In this document: one piece after another, positions 15,282-24,699 of the stretch | How positions within the stretch are numbered: the stretch's first letter is position 1 | Layout: each line of letters opens with the position of its first letter | Source: Candidatus Korarchaeum cryptofilum OPF8 | GTDB lineage: Archaea; Korarchaeota; Korarchaeia; Korarchaeales; Korarchaeaceae | DNA length: 32,000 nt | NCBI RefSeq assembly: GCF_000019605.1 | Contig: NC_010482.1 | Location: 1,380,001-1,412,000, forward strand | Direction: 5' to 3' | Position numbers and translations under genes: made by a program | Notes under the pieces: model-generated | What the model saw: the letters and a program-made list of their open reading frames with translations, nothing else | What the model was told of the DNA's origin: nothing | Database searches by the model: none

Positions 15282-16310
15282 TCAGAACCAGGACTCTAGC
15301 CCGCCCCCTGAGAGCATTCTATAAGATTCCTCTATCTCATTTATCACTTTCTTCACTCTTTCCTCAGAGAACTCGTGCTCCTCCACCATGAACTTCAGGA
15401 GCTCATCGCTCATAGGCCTCTTCAAAGATGTATCATAATCATCGGTAGTCGGGGGATTCAGGAAGAATTCGTAGATCGATATGGGATCCACATCGAACTC
15501 CCAAGGCACCTTTGAGAATAGATCCTCCGGCCTCTTATACTTCTTGACGAGCTCCAGAGCCCTCTTCACACCTATCCCCTTGACGCCTCCCAAGTTATAA
15601 TCCGTCCCGACTAAAATCCCTATCATTATCAGCTGCTCCCTGCTGATCCCATTCCTCTTGAGCACGCTCTCTAGCTCTATTAACTCAGGGTTTATATCGA
15701 CATAAACTTCCTTACCCGGGAGCTTCCTCTTACCGGTTATTGTGAGGTTCCTTATCAGCCTCGGAGCTCCGAAGAGGAGGGAATCGTAATCTTGCGATGC
15801 TGTGGCCCATACATCGCCCTTCATAGCCATATGAGCTGCCTGAGCCTCCCCCTCACTCGGTGCCTGGACGATAGGTACGCCCATCAGCTTGAGTATGGTC
15901 TTACAATCCTCCACAATATCTCCCGTTATATTCAGGGCTGCTTGAGCGTACTTCCTAGCCTCCTCAAGGTCTCCGATCTCAAGGGCCTCCTTCCATTTCA
16001 ATTCAGCTTCCTCTCTTGCTCTAACTCTCTCCTCTATCGCTCTTGACTTGAAAGAGGGCTTCTCTCCATCGAACACATAGATGGGGATTATCCCCTCCTT
16101 CAGGAAGTTAGCGGTCCTGTAGAAGATGCCGGAATGGACGCTCGTTATCTCGCCCTTGCTAGTCATCAAAGGGGTACCATCGGGCTGCCTGACTTTCGCT
16201 AAGAATTGATACATCGCATTGAAAGCATCTAAGGCGATCTTCTTCCCAGCTATATCAGAGAGCTCCAGTTCCACTTTATCCTCGATAAGCTCCCCGATCT
16301 TAACTCCCAT
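15282..16310 (-). CDS. fen: Flap endonuclease 1 (FEN1)
   Basis: The XPG-N/XPG-I layout is present (MGVKIGELI..., [35 protein letters not shown]). The C-terminal PCNA-binding motif is GGLESWF. Confidence 0.93.
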   Translation of the reverse strand: MGVKIGELIEDKVELELSDIAGKKIALDAFNAMYQFLAKVRQPDGTPLMTSKGEITSVHSGIFYRTANFLKEGIIPIYVFDGEKPSFKSRAIEERVRAREEAELKWKEALEIGDLEEARKYAQAALNITGDIVEDCKTILKLMGVPIVQAPSEGEAQAAHMAMKGDVWATASQDYDSLLFGAPRLIRNLTITGKRKLPGKEVYVDINPELIELESVLKRNGISREQLIMIGILVGTDYNLGGVKGIGVKRALELVKKYKRPEDLFSKVPWEFDVDPISIYEFFLNPPTTDDYDTSLKRPMSDELLKFMVEEHEFSEERVKKVINEIEESYRMLSGGGLESWF

Positions 16311-16362
16311 CTGGGGTCATTATATATGGTAGGAAGGCAATTAAAAGACATCAGGTCAGAAT

Positions 16363-17427
16363 ATGATAGCTCTCGTAGGTCCCTACTATCCAGCGGTGGG
16401 CGGAGTTCAGGTATACATGACATACACGGCTAGGGAGCTCCTCTCCCTCGGCTTCGAAGTAACTGTAGTCAGCTATAGGGGCTCCGAAGCTAGATGGGGG
16501 GAGAGGGTCATCGAAGCCCCCAATCTCAGGATCAGGGGGCTCAGAGGAGTTAGCTTCATCCTCGGAGCTACTAGCATATTGAGGAGGGAGAAGCCCGATC
16601 TCATCATCTCGCATTATGCCACTATATCTGGGATCTCAGGTCTCCTCTCCGGGCTGAATTACTTCTCGGTATTCCATGGGAGCGAGCTCAGGCTCCCTAA
16701 AGCCCTATCTAAGATAGCAGCGTCCAGATCGAGGGCAGTGATATGCGTGAGCAATTGGCTGAGGGAGAGGCTGGAGTCCTACGGAATAGGGGTGGATGCT
16801 GTGATACCTGGCGGAATTGAGAGCGAGCTCTTCGCTTCCCTTCCCCCAAAGGAAGTAGTTAGGGAGAGATTGGGGCTAGAGGGGAACGTGATCCTCTCAG
16901 TGGGCTCATTAGTCAGAGCTAAGGGGTTCGATCTGATCCCAGAGGTAGCTAAGATCGTGAACTCAAAGTTGAGAGCGAGATTCCTCATAATCGGGAGCGG
17001 CCCAGAGGAGGAGAGCATAAGGAGGAGAGCTAGGGAGGAGGGCGTGGAGGATCTCGTCATCTTATTGGGAAGGAAGAGCTATGAGGAGACTGCAATTTAC
17101 TATAGAGCGGCGGATCTTCTGCTGCATCCGGCTAGATATGAGGGATACGGCCTAACAGCTCTCGAATCCCTGGCTGCCGGTACTCCGGTGGTGGCCACCG
17201 ATACCGGGGGAATTAAGGATGCGGTGATGGATGGGGTGGATGGGTTCATAGTAGTCAGGGATGCGAAGGCCATAGCTGAGAGGGTAATCCACTTACTAGA
17301 GGACGATAATTTGAGGGAGGAAATGGGGAGGAAGGGAAGGGAAAGGGCATTGAAGAGGAGCTGGAAGAAAGTAACCCAGGAATACATTGATTTAATGAGG
17401 AAGAAGGTCCCTGAGATCTTCCAATGA
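16363..17427 (+). CDS. Glycosyltransferase, GT-B fold, family 4-like
   Basis: N-terminus is MIALVGPYYPAVGGVQ. The C-terminal sugar-donor motif is YEGYGLTALESLAAGTPVVATDTGG. Confidence 0.8.
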   Translation: MIALVGPYYPAVGGVQVYMTYTARELLSLGFEVTVVSYRGSEARWGERVIEAPNLRIRGLRGVSFILGATSILRREKPDLIISHYATISGISGLLSGLNYFSVFHGSELRLPKALSKIAASRSRAVICVSNWLRERLESYGIGVDAVIPGGIESELFASLPPKEVVRERLGLEGNVILSVGSLVRAKGFDLIPEVAKIVNSKLRARFLIIGSGPEEESIRRRAREEGVEDLVILLGRKSYEETAIYYRAADLLLHPARYEGYGLTALESLAAGTPVVATDTGGIKDAVMDGVDGFIVVRDAKAIAERVIHLLEDDNLREEMGRKGRERALKRSWKKVTQEYIDLMRKKVPEIFQ

Positions 17428-17493
17428 AGTTAGAAGGGATCAAAGCTTATAAATCGCTACTCAGAGGCTAGCTCAAGACCTAGGGGAGAGGAG

Positions 17494-17850
17494 TTGAAGT
17501 ACAAGCAAGTGATCGTGGTGAGGAAGGACCTGGGGATGAGCTGCGGGAAGATAGCCGTTCAAGTAGCTCATGCCTCGCTTGAAGCTGCAGAGATATCCAA
17601 GAGGGAAGATCCAGATATATATAGGGCTTGGAAGGAGGAGGGAGCCAAGAAAGTTGTCCTTGAGGTTAGGAGTGAGGAGGAGCTCATTGAGATCCACAAG
17701 GAAGCCCTGGATAGGGGGCTAGTATCGGTCTTGATAAGGGACGCTGGACTAACTGAGCTCGAGCCAGGGACGGCGACGGCTGTGGGAATAGGACCTCATG
17801 AGGAGGAAAAGATAGATAGAATTACTGGGAAACTCCCATTATTGAAGTAG
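17494..17850 (+). CDS. pth: Peptidyl-tRNA hydrolase, archaeal type (Pth2)
   Basis: KQVIVVRKDLGMSCGKIAVQVAHAS...DAGLTELEPGTATAVGIGP matches Pth2. The start is a TTG at 17494 preceded by GGGGAGAGGAG. The TATA AAAGCTTATAAATC is at about 17443-17457. Confidence 0.88.
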   Translation: MKYKQVIVVRKDLGMSCGKIAVQVAHASLEAAEISKREDPDIYRAWKEEGAKKVVLEVRSEEELIEIHKEALDRGLVSVLIRDAGLTELEPGTATAVGIGPHEEEKIDRITGKLPLLK

Positions 17851-17920
17851 CTTCATTGAAAGCTCCTCAGATTGAGGATTGCAGCTCAGATAGTGGAGGT
17901 CACTTAACCCACCTGAAAAG

Positions 17921-17928
17921 TTTAAATA
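17921..17928 (+). promoter_or_regulatory. TATA box TTTAAATA with purine-rich BRE-like GAAAAG upstream
   Basis: Its centre is 25 nt upstream of the ATG at 17950. This is the spacing expected for a leaderless archaeal mRNA. Confidence 0.45.
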
Positions 17929-17949
17929 ATCCATCCGGAGGGACGCAGG

Positions 17950-18126
17950 ATGGTTGAGTGCGCTATCGAGGGATGCCAGGAGGAGGCAAAGAAAGAGGTG
18001 GATAGATCCTATCTACCTGTCATACAGAGCCTGAAGCTGAAGCTCAAGGCTGGCGATTGGAAGAAGATACCCCTATGTAAGAAGCATTACAAGATCGTTA
18101 AGGAAGCTAAGGAACTCCAAACTTAA
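17950..18126 (+). CDS. Small basic Cys/His protein (58 aa), unknown family; below ORF-track cutoff
   Basis: Hand translation gives MVECAIEGCQEEAKKEVDRSYLPVIQSLKLKLKAGDWKKIPLCKKHYKIVKEAKELQT*. A C-x4-C ... C-x2-H arrangement is present. A well-placed TATA box lies upstream. Confidence 0.45.
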   Translation: MVECAIEGCQEEAKKEVDRSYLPVIQSLKLKLKAGDWKKIPLCKKHYKIVKEAKELQT

Positions 18127-18277
18127 CTTCAGATCGGCTAATTATACCAGCTAGCCAAATTCTCCCGCTCATGAATGCCGGGGGCTTGAAACTGACTCTT
18201 CAAGTCAAATTACCCGGATCTTTCAGCAGCCCATCGTCTCTCGGAAGGTTCCATAGAAGTCAAACACAAGCTTCCTC

Positions 18278-18847
18278 TCAAGCCCTGCTTATCCTCACTA
18301 TCATCAGTTCATGGAAAGCGAGCTTCCTCCTTAAGCATATCTCGGCCCTCAACCCCATTTTCTCAGCTTTCCTCAAAGTCAGCTCCGGGAGATTGAAGTC
18401 GGCATGCAATATGAGGGCCTTCTCCCTCATCAACCTGGGTAGATCGTCGATGAGGGCATCTATTAGCTCCCTTCCCCTCCTCCCCCCGGCCCATCTCGGG
18501 TCCCCCCTTCCAGGTAAGTAAGGTGGGTTGAAAGCTATCAAGTCGAAGGCCAGATCCCTGAAGTGCCTCGTCATGTCCCCTTGAACTGTATGCACCTCTA
18601 GACCGTTAAGTTCAGCGTTCCTAGAGGCTAATAAGCAAGACCTCGGGGATATATCGCTGGCCACCGTGCAGCACCCCCTCTTAGCCATCTCAATCGCGAC
18701 TATCCCGCTCCCGGTCCCGAGATCGAGGCAAACCTTACCCGATAGATCCGGATCAAGAGCATCCAGCATCAGTAAGCTGTCCTCAGCCGGCCAGTAGATT
18801 TGATCATCCCTGAGGAGCTTCAATCCCCTAACCTGCCAGATAGCCAA
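18278..18847 (-). CDS. HemK/Mtq2-like SAM-dependent methyltransferase (N5-glutamine methylase family)
   Basis: SAM motif I is LDLGTGSGIVAIEMA and the substrate motif is FNPPYLP. The longest ORF starts at a TTG at 18847. A TTG at 18823 overlaps the rsmA stop as TTGA and is an equally plausible start. Confidence 0.75.
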   Translation of the reverse strand: MAIWQVRGLKLLRDDQIYWPAEDSLLMLDALDPDLSGKVCLDLGTGSGIVAIEMAKRGCCTVASDISPRSCLLASRNAELNGLEVHTVQGDMTRHFRDLAFDLIAFNPPYLPGRGDPRWAGGRRGRELIDALIDDLPRLMREKALILHADFNLPELTLRKAEKMGLRAEICLRRKLAFHELMIVRISRA

Positions 18848-19551
18848 GCTATCACTTCCCTCACTTCCTCCGGGCTCATATGATAGGGCCTCCTCTCAGC
18901 ATGAGGGAGCCCATCTACACTCCTCAAGACGGGTTTAAGTGAGTTCTTGAGCTCCCTCTTCCTCCTAGAGAATATCAACTTGCAGTACTTCAATATCTGA
19001 TCCCTCAGTTCATCCTGCTTCGGCTCTATGACCAATATAGCTGAATCAACCTTAGGAACGGGGTTGAAGGACCTCCTATCGACTATAGAGACTAGGGATA
19101 CCTTGAGGAGGAGGGATGCTATTACGGAGAGGCTCCCGTACTTCTCAGTTCCCGGTTTAGCGATTAGCCTCTCGGCGAACTCCTTCTGGAGAGTTAAGAC
19201 AGCTCTCCTGAATTCGCTCCTGGCCAATCCTATTATGAGCTGGGATGAGAGGTAGTAGGGGGGATTCGATGCTATCTTCTCCACCCTGAGGGGGAGGAGC
19301 TCCCTGATATCAGCTCTCAGTATCTCGACCCTCTCATCACCCCCGAACTTCTCCCTCAGGATATCAACGAACCTCTCATCTTTCTCAACCAATATGAGCT
19401 TTCTAGGATCTCTAGATAGGATCTCCTCACTCAAATTTCCAGTCCCAGCACCCAGCTCAATTACCTCATCCCCCCTCACATCGAGTAAGTCAGCTATGAG
19501 CTTTATCCACTTCCTGGACACCATCATGTGCTGCCCGAGCTTAGCTCTCAT
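18820..19551 (-). CDS. rsmA: 16S rRNA (adenine-N6,N6)-dimethyltransferase KsgA/Dim1
   Basis: LGQHMMVSRKWIKLI, ELGAGTGNLSEEIL and ASNPPYYLSS fit the KsgA/Erm-type fold. Confidence 0.85.
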   Translation of the reverse strand: MRAKLGQHMMVSRKWIKLIADLLDVRGDEVIELGAGTGNLSEEILSRDPRKLILVEKDERFVDILREKFGGDERVEILRADIRELLPLRVEKIASNPPYYLSSQLIIGLARSEFRRAVLTLQKEFAERLIAKPGTEKYGSLSVIASLLLKVSLVSIVDRRSFNPVPKVDSAILVIEPKQDELRDQILKYCKLIFSRRKRELKNSLKPVLRSVDGLPHAERRPYHMSPEEVREVIAWLSGRLGD

Positions 19552-19591
19552 CTAGGCATGTTGGATCAAGGTTAAATAATGCTAATTCAAG

Positions 19592-21049
19592 ATGAGCTGG
19601 ATCGAAATGGTCGAGCTGAGGAAGATAGATGAGGTTAGATGGGAGCTTCCGAAGGGGTATAAGCCTGGAATGAGGGTCCCGGGCCTCATATTCGCCACCG
19701 AAAAACTCGTGAAGGGAATAGAAGCGAGGGCACTGGATCAGCTGGCTAACGTAGCCATGCTCCCGGGCATATACAAGTACTCCATAGCGATGCCGGATAT
19801 ACACGAGGGTTACGGCTTCCCGATAGGGGGAGTGGCCGCTTTCGATGCTCACGAAGGTATAGTGAGCCCAGGGGGCGTGGGTTACGATATAAACTGCGGG
19901 GTGAGGTTGATAAGGACGGACTTGAGCGAGAAGGAAGTGAGGCCCAAGCTCAAGCAGTTAGTAGATGCCCTATTCGAGAATGTACCCTCAGGGCTCGGGA
20001 GCAGCGGGAAGGTGAGGTTGAGCCCGGGGCAGCTCGATGATGTGATAGTCATGGGAGCTAAGTGGGCTGTTGAGCAGGGCTACGGATGGGAGAGGGATCT
20101 AGAGCACTGCGAGGAAGGGGGGATGATGGAAGGGGCTGATCCAGGTGTCATAAGCAGGAAGGCTAAGGAGAGGGGACTGCCCCAGCTCGGCTCCCTGGGG
20201 AGCGGAAATCACTTCTTGGAGGTCCAAGTAGTGGATAGGATATACGATGAGGGGGCAGCTAGGGTCATGGGGATAGAGCACGAGGGCCAAGTCGTCGCCA
20301 TGGTGCACACAGGGAGCAGGGGGTTCGGCCACCAGGTAGCGGACGATTTCCTCAATATTATGATGTCAAAGATAAGCTCGCTCAACTTCAAGCTCCCGGA
20401 CAAGGAGCTTATATTCGCTTATGCAAACTCCGATATAGCTGAGAAGTACTTCAAAGCGATGAAGGGAGCGGCTAATTATGCTTGGGCTAATAGGCAGATG
20501 ATAACGCACTGGGTGAGGGAGGCTTTCGAGAGGGTATTCGGGAGGAGCGCTGAGGACTTGAGGATGAACTTAATCTATGATGTGGCTCACAACATAGCGA
20601 AGTTGGAGGAGCACGAGGTCGATGGGAGGAGGGTCAAGGTATATGTGCACAGGAAGGGGGCCACTAGATCCTTCCCTCCCGGACATCCAGCGATACCGCA
20701 GGATTACAGGGAAGTGGGTCAGCCCGTGATAATACCCGGGTCCCAGGGAACCGCTTCTTATTTAATGGCCGGGACGGAGAGGGCGATGAGCGAGTCCTTC
20801 GGTACCACGGCTCATGGAGCTGGGAGGGTGATGAGCAGGGAGCAGGCTAAGAGAGTCTATAGGGGAAGCCAGATAGTGCAGATGCTGGCTGAGAGGGGCA
20901 TAATAGTGAAACCAGCTTCGCTAGCTGTAGCAGCCGAGGAGGCACCCGGAGCTTACAAGGACGTCGATGAAGTCGTTAATGCAACTCATAAGGCCGGTAT
21001 AGCCAGATTGGTCGCGAGGCTCGTCCCTATAGGAGTCGTCAAGGGGTGA
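19592..21049 (+). CDS. rtcB: RNA-splicing ligase RtcB
   Basis: [43 protein letters not shown] and the nucleophile region [10 protein letters not shown] are all present. No intein is present. The ATG at 19607 ([16 protein letters not shown]) is a likely alternative start. Confidence 0.93.
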   Translation: MSWIEMVELRKIDEVRWELPKGYKPGMRVPGLIFATEKLVKGIEARALDQLANVAMLPGIYKYSIAMPDIHEGYGFPIGGVAAFDAHEGIVSPGGVGYDINCGVRLIRTDLSEKEVRPKLKQLVDALFENVPSGLGSSGKVRLSPGQLDDVIVMGAKWAVEQGYGWERDLEHCEEGGMMEGADPGVISRKAKERGLPQLGSLGSGNHFLEVQVVDRIYDEGAARVMGIEHEGQVVAMVHTGSRGFGHQVADDFLNIMMSKISSLNFKLPDKELIFAYANSDIAEKYFKAMKGAANYAWANRQMITHWVREAFERVFGRSAEDLRMNLIYDVAHNIAKLEEHEVDGRRVKVYVHRKGATRSFPPGHPAIPQDYREVGQPVIIPGSQGTASYLMAGTERAMSESFGTTAHGAGRVMSREQAKRVYRGSQIVQMLAERGIIVKPASLAVAAEEAPGAYKDVDEVVNATHKAGIARLVARLVPIGVVKG

Positions 21050-21053
21050 TAGC

Positions 21054-21740
21054 TTGTTCTACTTGGTCAATCTCACGATAAGGGATGAGAACACTGTCTA
21101 TCAAACTACGGTTGAGGAAGTGGCGAGGAAGGCGGGCATATACTCGGAGAAGGTCAGCTACAATCCTATACTAGTCATACCTGGAGAATCGAAGCTATTC
21201 CCCAAGCTTATGGAGAGGATCCTCAGCTCAGAGGAGGGTGAGAGGTTCGAGCTAACTCTTGAACCCGAAGAGGCATATGGGAATTATGATAGGAGTAAGG
21301 TGAAGGTCTTCTCAGTTAAGAGGCTAGAGAAGGAGGGCATACATCCCCATGTGGGTGAGGTCATCTACTTAGATGACCAGAGGGGAGTTATACAATCTGT
21401 GAACGGGGGAAGGGTCACTGTGGACTTCAACCATCCTTTAGCTGGGAAGAGGCTCATAGTCGAGTGCGAAGTTGTGAAGAAGATAGAGGACGATCTCGAG
21501 AAGCTCAAAGCTATAGTGGCCGATATGTTCGACGTGGGTATCGAAGAAATAACTGCGAGGTGGGTGGAGGATGGGAAAGCGGAAGTACAGCTGCCGCCGA
21601 AAGCTTACGTCCTCAGGGACTCATATTCCAGGAAAATAGGCTCTTTATCACTAATAATGAGGCACCTGAAGGGAGTTAAGGCCGTTAGATTCATAGAGGA
21701 ATTCGATATACCGAAATCAGATCAGAAGCTCACCTCATAG
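21054..21740 (+). CDS. Long-type FKBP peptidyl-prolyl cis-trans isomerase (SlyD-like with IF insert)
   Basis: [36 protein letters not shown], then an IF-like insert, then [17 protein letters not shown]. The start is a TTG preceded by GGGGTGAT. Confidence 0.8.
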
Positions 21741-22150
21741 ATCCTCAACTCCCCCAATCTCTTGCATTTTATCTTCCCGAGTTCCCTGACTACCCTCAGC
21801 TTATCCCCCTCCTTAACTCCCTCCGGCCTGCAGTAATTCCGATACTCGCAATCCTCATCGCAGCTAGCTCTATATATGAAGCTGGCCCCCTCCACCATCC
21901 TAGCCCCTGAAGCTACCTCTATGTTAGCTCTAGCTATCGATGCGAGAGTGAGCTCCCCGTGTATGGGGCACTGGAACCTCTTCCTCTCATTGACACCCTT
22001 CACCACGTATAGCCTGCCCACCTCCATGCCATCGACGCAAACGCTCCTATACTTACACCCTCTGCACGCTTCCGCCTCTCCCATGAAGATGAACTTGAAC
22101 CCTTCCCTCGCTAAATTGCTCGGGACAAGTCCCATCCTTTCCTCTTGCAT
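21722..22150 (-). CDS. UPF0179-family Cys-rich archaeal protein
   Basis: The length is about 140 aa with [26 protein letters not shown] near the N-terminus and further conserved Cys residues ([16 protein letters not shown]). The assignment is from memory of the family pattern. M6 at 22135 is an alternative start. Confidence 0.55.
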
Positions 22151-22159
22151 ATGTTGAGA

Positions 22160-22189
22160 TGAGGGAATCCTTTTTAATCGGTTCCCTCA
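22160..22189. promoter_or_regulatory. 8-bp inverted repeat TGAGGGAA/TTCCCTCA enclosing the TATA-like CTTTTTAAT of the UPF0179/psmB divergent promoter
   Basis: The arms are at 22160-22167 and 22182-22189 with a 14-bp AT-rich spacer. This geometry would suit a dimeric repressor occluding TBP/TFB. Confidence 0.35.
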
Positions 22190-22207
22190 GTTAAGCCCGG
22201 TGCCCTT

Positions 22208-22828
22208 ATGTTGATGAAAGGTACTACCACAGTAGGCGTTAAATTCAAGAACGGGGTTATCGTGGCTTCCGACAAAAGGGCGACAAGCGGGACGTTCGTA
22301 GCGAGCAAAAGCGCGGTCAAAACCCTCAAGATAACAGATTACGCTGTGGCAACTATCTCAGGGCTCGTGGCAGATGGTCAATATCTCGTGAACAATGTAA
22401 GGACGATAGCGGACCTCTACAGCCTGGATACGGAGAGGCCACTGAGCGTGAGGGGTATAGCTAGGATACTCGCATTCCTACTGAGGAGGTACAGGCCCTA
22501 CTTCCTCTTAGCTCAACTCATCGTGGGGGGAGTCGATAGGGAGGGAGCCCACTTATTCAACGTGGATCCCTTCGGCACTTTGACTGAGGAGGATTATTTA
22601 GCGACTGGCTCAGGTTCTCCAGTGGCCATATCAGTTATAGAGAGCGGTTACTCTCCGGATATGGATAGGGAATCGGCTCTGAGGCTGGTGATATCTAGCA
22701 TGACAGCAGCGCTCTCCAGGGACGCTGCTACTGGAGATGGGATAGATGTGGTCGTTATAGATGATAGGGGAGTGAACTTCCTGAGCAGGGAGGAGATATC
22801 CGATTTAGTGAGAGAGGTACTAAGATGA
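22208..22828 (+). CDS. psmB: Proteasome beta subunit
   Basis: A very short propeptide is followed by the catalytic Thr (MLMKG-TTTVGVKF). The rest fits the Ntn-hydrolase fold pattern. Confidence 0.9.
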   Translation: MLMKGTTTVGVKFKNGVIVASDKRATSGTFVASKSAVKTLKITDYAVATISGLVADGQYLVNNVRTIADLYSLDTERPLSVRGIARILAFLLRRYRPYFLLAQLIVGGVDREGAHLFNVDPFGTLTEEDYLATGSGSPVAISVIESGYSPDMDRESALRLVISSMTAALSRDAATGDGIDVVVIDDRGVNFLSREEISDLVREVLR

Positions 22829-24699
22829 GCGAGGATCTGAAGGCTAAGGTGAAGAAATATTTCTCGCAATACGCTAAGGTTGAGAAAGTAGAGCTGGAGG
22901 GCCCATTCGTAACCCTCCTAGTTGAGAACCCGAAGGAAATACTGGATAAGCCGGATCTGGTGGTCAATGCGGCTAAGACGCTGAAGAAGAAGATAATAGT
23001 GCTCGCTAGCAAGCCCCTGATGGATGAAGCGGCTGCAGCCGAATTCATAAGGAGGACCATACCTGAGAACGCCGAGATAGAGGATCTCAAGTTCGTCCCG
23101 GAGACAGGAGAGGTCTACATAATAGCTAAGAGGACTGGATATGTCGTCGGGAAAGGAGGAGCTAATATAGTGGAGATACTGAAGGAGACCGGATGGAGAC
23201 CCGTAGTTATGAGGGCTCCGACGATAAGGTCCACTTTCCTAGACATATTCTACAACGTAATAATATCGGGAGCTCCTGAGAGGAAGAAGGTCATGAAGAA
23301 GCTATCCGAGAGGATATTCAGGGAACCCCTGAATCTGAGCAGGGGCCTCTATGCGACATTCCTCGGTGCGGCTAGGGAAGTCGGGAGGAGCTCCGTTCTA
23401 ATAACGACGGATGAGAGCAATGTGCTCCTGGACTGCGGGATAAGCCTATCCAGCAGGAGCGCCTTCCCTAGGCTAGATCTGATCGATATAGATGAGTTGG
23501 ATGCTGTGATAATAACACATGCTCACTTAGATCACTCCGGGGCCCTTCCCCTCCTCTTCAAATACGGCTACAGGGGACCCGTCTACTTGACGAGGCCGAC
23601 CAGGGATTTGATGATGCTCCTCCTCTACGATTACATAAATCTCTCCCAGAGGGTGGGCTCGATCCCCTTCTTCTCATGGAGGGATGTTGTCAACATGATG
23701 AACCATACCATAACGCTCGATTACACAGAGACAGTGGATATATCTCCGGACATAAAGCTGACCTTTTACAACGCTGGCCATATACTCGGCTCGGCCTTAG
23801 CCCATCTTAACATAGAGAGCGCGAGGCACAACGTCCTTTATACGGGCGACTTCAGGTTCAGGGACACTAAATTACTCGATAAAGCTGTGAGGAAATTCCC
23901 AAGGGTAGAAACTCTCATAATGGAGTGCACTTACGGCGGGGAATCCGACGTACTACCGAGCCTCCCGGAGGCTGAGGAAGCGCTCTTCTCGGTAATAAAG
24001 GGGACGGCTGAGAGAGGGGGGAAAGTACTGATACCCGCATTAGCCGTGGGAAGGGCTCAGGAGATAATGCTCTCCTTAGTTGATGGTTTTGAGAGGGGCC
24101 TCCTTCCGGATATACCTGTCTATTTAGATGGCATGATATACGATTCCACAGCCATACACTCAGCATATCCTGATTACCTCTCAAATTACGTCAGGGAGAG
24201 CGTCTTCAAGAGGGATAGGGATCCCTTCACAGAGCCCCATTTCAACTTCGTTAGCTCCGATGAGAGGCCCGACGTGACTAAGGGGGGTCCTGCTGTCATA
24301 ATAGCTCCATCAGGTATGCTGACCGGCGGGCCCAGCGTCGATTACCTCAAGCTCCTCGCCCCGGGCGAGGAGAACTCCATAGTGCTAGTAAGCTATCAAG
24401 CCGAGGGTACTCTGGGAAGGAGGCTGAGGGATGGGGCTAGGGAACTGAGGCTCCAGGATGAGGAAGGTTATATAACAATAAAAGTTAAGGCGGATGTGAG
24501 AGTAATTGAGGGCTTCAGCGCTCACGCCGACAAAGTCCAGCTCCTCAGTTACCTCAGCACGATGGAGCCTAGGCCCCACAGGGTCTTCCTGGTTCACGGT
24601 GAGGAGGAGAAGATGAGGGAGTTCGGACCCCTCGCATCAAAATCGGCCTCTATCAGGACGGTATCCCCGCAAATAGGTGAGACCTTTAAGTTAGCTTAA
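22825..24699 (+). CDS. aCPSF1: KH-KH + metallo-beta-lactamase + beta-CASP ribonuclease (transcription termination / RNA processing factor)
   Basis: The KH GxxG motif is GKGGANI. The MBL motif is ITHAHLDHSG. The beta-CASP region follows, ending in SAHAD. An ATGA overlap links it to psmB. Confidence 0.9.
   Translation: MSEDLKAKVKKYFSQYAKVEKVELEGPFVTLLVENPKEILDKPDLVVNAAKTLKKKIIVLASKPLMDEAAAAEFIRRTIPENAEIEDLKFVPETGEVYIIAKRTGYVVGKGGANIVEILKETGWRPVVMRAPTIRSTFLDIFYNVIISGAPERKKVMKKLSERIFREPLNLSRGLYATFLGAAREVGRSSVLITTDESNVLLDCGISLSSRSAFPRLDLIDIDELDAVIITHAHLDHSGALPLLFKYGYRGPVYLTRPTRDLMMLLLYDYINLSQRVGSIPFFSWRDVVNMMNHTITLDYTETVDISPDIKLTFYNAGHILGSALAHLNIESARHNVLYTGDFRFRDTKLLDKAVRKFPRVETLIMECTYGGESDVLPSLPEAEEALFSVIKGTAERGGKVLIPALAVGRAQEIMLSLVDGFERGLLPDIPVYLDGMIYDSTAIHSAYPDYLSNYVRESVFKRDRDPFTEPHFNFVSSDERPDVTKGGPAVIIAPSGMLTGGPSVDYLKLLAPGEENSIVLVSYQAEGTLGRRLRDGARELRLQDEEGYITIKVKADVRVIEGFSAHADKVQLLSYLSTMEPRPHRVFLVHGEEEKMREFGPLASKSASIRTVSPQIGETFKLA

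Noticed and set aside
18127-18277. Possible C/D-box sRNA or small ORF in the 151-bp convergent spacer (minus strand ATGAGCG ... CTGA; hairpin CTTGAA-N8-TTCAAG)
   Set aside because: The C-box candidate matches only AUGA of RUGAUGA, and no internal D'/C' is present. The longest ORF is 14 codons. The 6-bp hairpin is weak. It is kept only as a note under the 17950 mini-gene finding.
19541-19852. 103-aa minus-strand ORF overlapping the 5' end of rtcB
   Set aside because: It is antisense to a strongly supported RtcB coding region. It has no recognisable motifs, and its start lies inside the rsmA gene.
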